Positions 61,301 to 64,000 of a stretch of DNA of 64,000 nucleotides are shown piece by piece. The DNA lies in the NCBI GenBank assembly GCA_037379345.1, contig CM074511.1, positions 25,775,171 to 25,839,170 on the forward strand, given 5' to 3'. Below the pieces are notes generated by a model that was not told the DNA's origin, did not search any database, and saw only the letters and a program-made list of their open reading frames with translations. The stretch is from Perna viridis (taxonomy: Eukaryota). How positions within the stretch are numbered: the stretch's first letter is position 1; each line of letters opens with the position of its first letter. Position numbers and translations under genes: made by a program.

Positions 61301-63520
61301 TTGATTACTCTTTCAATGAATTTCAATGCTTTCTATGTTATTTATTTCTCTTTAACCATTGCAGTTAATCAAAAATCAACATTCAACTTTGAGAAAGGAT
61401 GCATTTGGGATATGAAATAAATGAGACAAAATTTTTTGCCTAGTTTTTGCATGGACGCCTTCTTAATTCTTATACATTATGCAGTACTAAGCACATACAA
61501 TTTATTCATGAAGAATTCAAAATAAGTGTGCAGATGAAATAAATTAGAAATTAATTTTAATCCTTAAGTAATATTTTTCTTACCATCTCCACCATTGATG
61601 TCAGATCTAGCATTAAGATTCACTATGCCACCTTCTTCAGATTCAAACTTGGATGAAACTTCCATTGATAGTTTTGCTGCTGAAATTTCACAAGATGCTC
61701 CTAAAAATAGCTCAGACAATGCAAAGTTATACTGGACATCATCAAACAGTATCAATTTACTTCCTTGTTGTAGTTTCAAACTGGAAAGCTGGAATGCAGC
61801 TGCTGTTCCATGTGATTTGCCAGTCTCTTTAATGTCTGTTGTTGTTCTTATCATAGTTAGATACTGTAGGCCACCTAGTTTACCATGGACCAAGTTGTTG
61901 GTGCCATACCATTTCACCTCTGACGGGAGAGTCAAGGTTCCGTCAGTGTAGACCTTAGCATGAGCTGGGAAATACAGTGATACTTGCCGAATGGTTATTA
62001 TTTGATGAATACCAACATGAATGGTTCCAATCTTATCAATGTTGGTAACAAAGTCACTGTCCCCAGAGAAACTCTGAACTGTCAGAGTATGGATTTCAGA
62101 AGTGCTGGTACTAGGTTCCAATGCTAAATGTGCTCCATTTCGCAAGTGAAGCTCACTGACTTCCAGAGTGTTTGAGGAGTCTAAGGGTACCCATGTTCTA
62201 CTGCTATCACTTCTGGAGATTGTGTCAGAATCCATATTGTCAATCAATTCCTACAATTTTTTTTAATTTACCTATTACCTAATAGTGACTTTTTCTCAAA
62301 AATGTACAAGTGATACTGTGTTTGCAAGCAAAACACAAAAGTCGCCAAAACTGGCAAATGGTCAGGTTTAGTCAAAATCTGATGCTGCCACTGAATTTAA
62401 AATGTAATGTTTATCTTATAAATCAGTTTTCATTGAAATCCAACTATGTTGATATTTTGCCAATTTTGGTGGCCATTTAAAAAAAAAATAGCAGCTTTCT
62501 GACAAAATGTGAAAGTGCCATTGAATTTAGAATGTCATGTTTACTCTAGATATCAATTTTCATTGAAATCAAACGATGTTGAAATTTTGCCAATTTTGGC
62601 AGCCTTTCTAAAAAAACTTTTTTATGCCTTTGATGTCAGCAAGCTAAGATATTTTCATATAATTAATGAGTTCCACTAATTTTATAGAATTTTTTTGTCA
62701 TTTTTCTGGGTTTTGTTTTCGTGGCCATTTTGAAATTCCGTAAGTTGTTTGCACATCCCCTGAGCATGCTTGATTTTTGAGCCAAGTTTGGTATGCATCC
62801 AATAAACAGTATCTGAGTATTTGTCTGGACATCTCTACATTCAGAAGAAGAGAAAAGCAAAAACAAATAAGTCGCAAAACTTCGTTTTGGCAACTTAATA
62901 ATAGACTAATTTCAAAATCAGGAATTTTTTATGTCATTTTCTAGTATTGAGTTACTATAACACACAAATCTTTCATTTCCTGGAGACCAAAACAATGTCT
63001 TTTTCTCTGACACTGATATGGTTATGGATTTAAAACATATCTGTACTTCAAATGGACAAAATTAGACTAACAAATATCTGGTAAGAAATGAAAAATAAAG
63101 TCCTCCCACCCGCCCCATATTTTTTGTAAAGGATGAATGAGAATCTACCATTTAGGTTTACTTAGCCTAACATAACAACTCTTATACTTCAGTCTAGCTG
63201 TGAAATTGTAGCTCTTGATTTTTTTTTTTTTATTTTGTGATCTAACGTTTCAAAAATACCAAAAAAAATAGTTAGAGCTACTTTTCGCAGCTAACTTCAG
63301 TCATGTGTATTCCATTAAGAGATACTCACAGCAACAGAATGGACCTCATTGTTGTTTACAATGAGTTTAGTTTTGGACCCTGTATCAACATAGATGGTTC
63401 CTGCTCCACCATAACCAGCTGATGACGGACCACCATGAGCTTGGAATTGACCTGTGAACTCTGATGATGTGTAGTACACAGATAGACGACCACCAGCTCC
63501 ACCTCCTGAACTACTGCTGC
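1..63520 (-). CDS. Giant multi-exon gene, partial at both ends: extracellular protein >11,800 aa with 17 Gly-rich modules, an EGF-like array and >=6 EGF-VWD-LamG-C8-like units
   Basis: 42 exons with canonical AG/GT boundaries; intron phases and exon lengths are consistent at every junction; coding total 35,531 nt; conserved motifs read straight across junctions (e.g. ASP-G|GTVYV, WNR|YLG). All long ORFs in the track belong to this frame. Confidence 0.9.
2135..2381 (-). CDS. Exon 41: contains KRRKR, start of a C8-like domain
   Basis: ORF 2116-2397; acceptor ttgtag, donor GTATCT; phase 1 to 2. Confidence 0.85.
2801..3196. mobile_element. TTAA-flanked MITE with imperfect TIR
   Basis: TTAA|GTAGC-N8-TAAGAATCATGCAAAAT at both ends in inverted orientation. 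Confidence 0.65.
3216..3313 (-). CDS. Exon 40 (YLGLMEIKNHW...LSSLWTFNEE)
   Basis: Acceptor gtttag, donor GTATTT; phase 2 to 1; matches the LamG C-terminal motif of the other units. Confidence 0.85.
3578..4680 (-). CDS. Exon 39: basic VWD, Thr-rich linker, LamG/pentraxin-like domain
   Basis: ORF 3574-4707; acceptor ttgaag, donor GTGAGC; phase 0 to 2; FEGCIDELRIWN. Confidence 0.9.
4860..5127 (+). repeat. Dispersed repeat, second copy at about 58670-58946
   Basis: Shared CAGATAACTCTGTC..AATGGTCTTTTC..CCATTTTGCCT.ATTCTTACAAA. Confidence 0.65.
5362..13062 (-). CDS. Exon 38: 7.7-kb exon with four EGF-VWD-LamG-C8-like units and the start of a fifth
   Basis: ORF 5326-13143; acceptor tttcag, donor GTAGGT; phase 0 to 0; VWD starts GHFITFDG, GHYTLFDG, SHLRTFNE, GHITTIDG; LamG-like motifs FIGTFDDFRIW, YTGDIDEVRVW. 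Confidence 0.95.
13942..14059 (-). CDS. Exon 37 (SESGTAIVRWVVSS...KCPSVPIV)
   Basis: Acceptor ttgtag, donor GTATGT; phase 2 to 0, exactly bridging exons 36 and 38. Confidence 0.8.
14312..14683 (+). mobile_element. Dispersed element with a ~180-bp fold-back at its left end
   Basis: Homologous to 22631-23408; arms AATAAGATAATTAATTGG / CCAATTGATTATCCTATT. Confidence 0.7.
14901..15186 (-). CDS. Exon 36: start of an unassigned domain (PVFRCYTEESDGNYTAWFGYNN)
   Basis: ORF 14897-15196; acceptor ttgtag, donor GTAAGT; phase 1 to 2. Confidence 0.85.
15550..15663 (-). CDS. Exon 35: EGF/laminin-EGF-like
   Basis: Acceptor ttacag, donor GTAAGT; phase 1 to 1; CQCHDDDINGHWTGSACDEC. Confidence 0.87.
15887..16210 (-). 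CDS. Exon 34: EGF-like
   Basis: Acceptor ttgcag, donor GTATGA; phase 1 to 1. Confidence 0.87.
16548..16796 (-). CDS. Exon 33: EGF-like
   Basis: Acceptor tttcag, donor GTAGGA; phase 1 to 1. Confidence 0.87.
17168..17333. repeat. Fold-back repeat with ~54-bp arms and a central ATGAACAGCCGAAGGCAGTTCAT hairpin
   Basis: Arms 17168-17221 and 17279-17333 are near-perfect reverse complements. Confidence 0.8.
17978..18154 (-). CDS. Exon 32: EGF-like
   Basis: Acceptor tttcag, donor GTAAAA; phase 1 to 1. Confidence 0.87.
18656..20398 (-). CDS. Exon 31: long EGF-like array
   Basis: ORF 18606-20417; acceptor ttccag, donor GTAAGT; phase 1 to 1. Confidence 0.93.
21552..21722 (-). CDS. Exon 30: EGF-like
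   Basis: Acceptor ttacag, donor GTGAGT; phase 1 to 1. Confidence 0.87.
22167..22335 (-). CDS. Exon 29: EGF-like
   Basis: Acceptor tgatag, donor GTGAGT; phase 0 to 1; GWYSEDCSKPCVHG. Confidence 0.85.
22355..22539. repeat. ~93-bp tandem duplication next to the exon 29 acceptor
   Basis: AAATGCAATTCTTGAGAACA...AGAGGTTCCAAGTCAACCA..ATGATGC occurs twice. Confidence 0.85.
22631..23408. mobile_element. Same family: forward copy interrupted by an inverted copy (about 22966-23365)
   Basis: The forward copy breaks after GTGAATTATTGAAATT and resumes at TTACACTAGGAAC...CTATCTATATA; the intervening DNA is the reverse complement of a whole element. Confidence 0.7.
23682..23788 (-). CDS. Exon 28: EGF-like
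   Basis: Acceptor ttgcag, donor GTAAGT; phase 1 to 0; GWTGDACDIPDCPGGC. Confidence 0.87.
23949..24610 (-). CDS. Exon 27: EGF-like repeats
   Basis: Acceptor ttaaag, donor GTAAGA; phase 2 to 1. Confidence 0.88.
25200..25341 (-). CDS. Exon 26: EGF-like repeats
   Basis: Acceptor ttctag, donor GTAATA; phase 1 to 2; GCESATHTCTCRPGWTGIGC. Confidence 0.87.
25671..26083 (+). mobile_element. 5'-truncated retroelement 3' end, longest copy (probably Penelope-like)
   Basis: 25671-25817 encodes LTNRLLEQGYVATRLKSSLHKFYGRHHELVDRYSVSICTMKTDLFNGS*, which resembles the C-terminal tail of mollusc RT ORFs (recalled); the 3' part is shared with three other copies. Confidence 0.7.
26377..26667 (-). CDS. Exon 25: EGF-like repeats
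   Basis: Acceptor ctttag, donor GTATAA; phase 1 to 1. Confidence 0.87.
26953..27414 (-). CDS. Exon 24: EGF-like repeats
   Basis: Acceptor tttaag, donor GTTTGT; phase 1 to 1. Confidence 0.87.
27759..29367 (-). CDS. Exon 23: last (Cys-decorated) Gly-rich module fused to the first EGF-like repeats
   Basis: ORF 27748-29379; acceptor ttacag, donor GTAAAT; phase 0 to 1. Confidence 0.93.
29792..30069 (-). CDS. Exon 22 (GAGSGGRISI...GPGTVYVQ)
   Basis: Acceptor tttcag, donor GTAAAA; phase 1 to 0. Confidence 0.87.
30588..30738 (-). CDS. Exon 21 (ELRLDGTIKTTG...GSGGSIMM)
   Basis: Acceptor ttacag, donor GTAAGG; phase 0 to 1. Confidence 0.85.
31250..31463. mobile_element. Second, more diverged tandem copy of the TTAA MITE
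   Basis: TTAA-flanked, same internal sequence. Confidence 0.8.
31490..31701. mobile_element. MITE with TTAA TSD and GG..CC ends (Kolobok-like)
   Basis: TTAA|GGAGGTAGACCTAGGGTAAGGG ... CCCTTATCCTAGGTCTACCTCC|TTAA. Confidence 0.85.
31955..32088 (-). CDS. Exon 20 (GGHGHDSATAGSQYGS...)
   Basis: Acceptor catacag, donor GTGATT; phase 1 to 0. Confidence 0.8.
33070..39294 (-). CDS. Exon 19: 6.2-kb exon with five Gly-rich modules
   Basis: ORF 33059-39352; acceptor tatacag, donor GTATGT; phase 1 to 1. Confidence 0.95.
39653..39949 (-). CDS. Exon 18
   Basis: ORF 39645-39959; acceptor ttttag, donor GTATGT; phase 1 to 1. Confidence 0.85.
40250..40607 (-). CDS. Exon 17
   Basis: ORF 40236-40619; acceptor caacag, donor GTACAA; phase 0 to 1. 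Confidence 0.83.
41200..41561 (-). CDS. Exon 16 (GSFRGHG...GAGGRIAV...GPGTVFVE)
   Basis: Acceptor ttttaag, donor GTAGAG; phase 1 to 0. Confidence 0.85.
42094..42327 (-). CDS. Exon 15 (YGSLYKPNETGS...GGGSGGSIWI)
   Basis: Acceptor tcacag, donor GTATTG; phase 1 to 1. Confidence 0.85.
42505..42826 (+). mobile_element. Retroelement 3' fragment, copy 2
   Basis: High identity to 25775-26083; same 3' end CCCTTGATTACTCT. Confidence 0.75.
43153..43324 (-). CDS. Exon 14 (DIKYSALFKAD...GAGHATIGGG)
   Basis: Acceptor ttttag, donor GTAAGT; phase 0 to 1. Confidence 0.85.
44315..48327 (-). CDS. Exon 13: 4.0-kb exon with three Gly-rich modules
   Basis: ORF 44297-48244 extended to acceptor ctttcttttcag; donor GTAAGT; phase 1 to 0. 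Confidence 0.93.
48685..48914 (-). CDS. Exon 12 (YAFSGTITAYGG...GPGTIYIQ)
   Basis: Acceptor ttttag, donor GTATCC; phase 2 to 1. Confidence 0.82.
49368..49524. mobile_element. Fold-back MITE (PIF/Harbinger-like ends)
   Basis: GGGGCCGGTTTCATAAAACATCTCAAACTGAGATTTTCC ... GGAAAATCTCAATTTGAGATTGTTTTATGAATCCGG. Confidence 0.6.
49643..49826 (-). CDS. Exon 11 (GAIKVDG...GGGSGGTIF...GGGSGGRMKL)
   Basis: Acceptor ttatag, donor GTATTT; phase 1 to 2. Confidence 0.85.
50426..50558 (-). mobile_element. Degenerate inverted copy 4 of the same retroelement tail
   Basis: Reverse complement matches TTTCCATGTCTGGTCTTTGTCC..GGATTAC.TTCTTTTGATT. Confidence 0.6.
50677..50881 (-). CDS. Exon 10 (ISSHDLATGAGYASLGG...GGAGGGYLKI)
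   Basis: Acceptor ttacag, donor GTAAAG; phase 0 to 1. Confidence 0.85.
51178..51353. mobile_element. TA-type MITE; related copy at about 1905-2062
   Basis: CCGTAAACATA...TATGTTTACAG|TA; shared core ATTAGCGTT.TATAGTGTTAAA. Confidence 0.6.
51553..51893 (-). CDS. Exon 9
   Basis: ORF 51532-51927; acceptor ttacag, donor GTAAGT; phase 1 to 0. Confidence 0.88.
52271..52483. mobile_element. Third copy of the TTAA MITE
   Basis: TTAA|GGAGGTAGACCTAAAGTAAGGG ... CCCTTACCCTAGGTCTACCTTC. Confidence 0.8.
52746..52903. repeat. 79-bp tandem duplication covering the exon 8 donor site
   Basis: Two copies of AGCA.AACAAATTG.TCTGACAC.AAAATAATTTAGTTTCAATATCATAAAGAGATAAA.CCTCACCTTTGAACTCAT. Confidence 0.9.
52892..54841 (-). 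CDS. Exon 8: two Gly-rich blocks
   Basis: ORF 52821-54881; acceptor ttttag, donor GTGAGG; phase 1 to 1. Confidence 0.9.
55072..55317. mobile_element. MITE with perfect 14-bp TIR and 7-bp TSD (P-superfamily-like)
   Basis: CTGTTAC|CATACCTGTTAACC ... GGTTAACAGGTATG|CTGTTAC. Confidence 0.85.
55347..56039 (-). CDS. Exon 7: spacer region
   Basis: ORF 55339-56034; acceptor tttcag, donor GTAAGT; phase 1 to 1. Confidence 0.9.
56443..57727 (-). CDS. Exon 6: one Gly-rich module
   Basis: Extends ORF 56438-57370 upstream to acceptor taatag; donor GTTAGT; phase 0 to 1. Confidence 0.9.
58257..58456 (-). CDS. Exon 5 (GKISVNGG...GAAGVIYL)
   Basis: Acceptor ttatag, donor GTTAGT; phase 1 to 0. Confidence 0.85.
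58985..59067 (-). CDS. Exon 4 (DGESATSASGGGSGGGVWISA)
   Basis: Acceptor ttttcag, donor GTAA; phase 2 to 1. Confidence 0.85.
60589..60781 (-). CDS. Exon 3 (GAGTNHAGASHAG...YDSYQKPMYMGSGG)
   Basis: Acceptor ttaaag, donor GTAAGT; phase 1 to 2. Confidence 0.85.
61066..61311 (+). mobile_element. Retroelement 3' fragment, copy 3
   Basis: Same 3' end, shorter 5' extent. Confidence 0.75.
61584..62250 (-). CDS. Exon 2: beta-rich spacer of a Gly-rich module
   Basis: ORF 61564-62247; acceptor ttgtag, donor GTAAGA; phase 0 to 1. Confidence 0.9.
62330..62899 (+). mobile_element. Helentron/HINE-like non-autonomous element
   Basis: Internal ~130-bp tandem repeats (62422, 62552), terminal palindrome GTCGCAAAACTTCGTTTTGGCAAC followed by TTAAT, and a matching AAGTCGCCAAAAC near the left end. 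Confidence 0.5.
63330..63520 (-). CDS. Exon 1 of window: end of Gly-rich module 1 (SSSGGGAGGRLSVYY...GAGTIYVD)
   Basis: Acceptor ttctag, donor GTGAGT; phase 1 to 0; absent from the ORF track. Confidence 0.85.
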
Positions 63521-63683
63521 CTAGAATTACAGATCAATTAGATTCAATTTAAAAGATTGAATTTTTTTAATTCCATCAAAAATTTACTTTAAATAAAAAT
63601 ACTATTTATCAGTGGCCAGTAAATTATTGTAGTAATTGGATTATTATTGTGCAGATATTGTATTATTTTCAGGTATTCAATTA

Positions 63684-63887
63684 CTGTGAAAGTATTATTG
63701 TTCATGGGGTACCAATTTTGTGGTTGTCGTGGGTGGGCTAAACCACTAATTTGGTTCCGAACGAAAAGGAGAATCCCTCTGATGTGTATACTGAAAACCT
63801 CAAAACCACAAATTCAAGAATTCAATAACTATTATTTCTTCCCTAAACCATGAAAATTGGTATCCACGAATTAAAGTACTTTCCCAG
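63684..63887. mobile_element. TA-flanked MITE (Tc1/mariner-pogo-like)
   Basis: TA|CTGTGAAAGTA..GGTACCAATTTT ... AAAATTGGTATCC..TACTTTCCCAG|TA. Confidence 0.7.
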
Positions 63888-64000
63888 TAATAAAATTCAA
63901 ATTACCATAATTTTTCGCAGTTACTTCACATTTTTTAAAACAAAAATTCAATTTGATCCATCCAAAGCAAAATGAACAAATAAAAAAAAAATCCCCAGAA

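Noticed and set aside
25853-61420. Similar hydrophobic small ORFs at 25853/25869, 42604/42654 and 61138/61229 as a membrane-peptide family
   Set aside because: They are translations of the T-rich 3' UTR of the repeated retroelement tail, with inconsistent starts and frames between copies.
1-64000. CRISPR arrays, tRNA/rRNA genes, intact transposase or RT genes
   Set aside because: No repeat-spacer arrays, cloverleaf or rRNA motifs, or catalytic-domain ORFs were seen by eye.

Overview
AT-rich eukaryotic (animal) genomic DNA; the intronic repeat families suggest a bivalve mollusc such as Mytilus, which is inference. The whole window lies inside one giant minus-strand gene. By hand I assembled 42 GT-AG exons whose phases join without a frameshift or stop: 35,531 coding nt, about 11,840 aa, with neither start nor stop codon in the window. 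Architecture from N to C: (1) about 6,500 aa with 17 tandem ~400-aa modules (first one partial), each a Gly-rich block (GxGPGxG..GASHGG..YGS..P..GSGGG..GGxGGG..LDG.I.A.G..GGGSGGSI..GGGGGGRI..GAAGTIY) plus a hydrophobic beta-rich spacer; (2) about 1,700 aa of tenascin/teneurin-type EGF-like repeats with a 4-EGF higher-order period; (3) a ~100-aa domain resembling a module I recall from bacterial secreted proteins; (4) at least six ~610-aa EGF-VWD-LamG/pentraxin-C8-like units, one with a very basic VWD, a Thr-rich linker and RRKR furin-type sites. Introns carry MITEs (TTAA-, TA- and 7-bp-TSD types), fold-back elements including an inverted self-nested pair, a Helentron-like element, and four 5'-truncated copies of a retroelement tail with a structured RNA-like motif. 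No RNA genes, CRISPR arrays or prokaryotic features were found.
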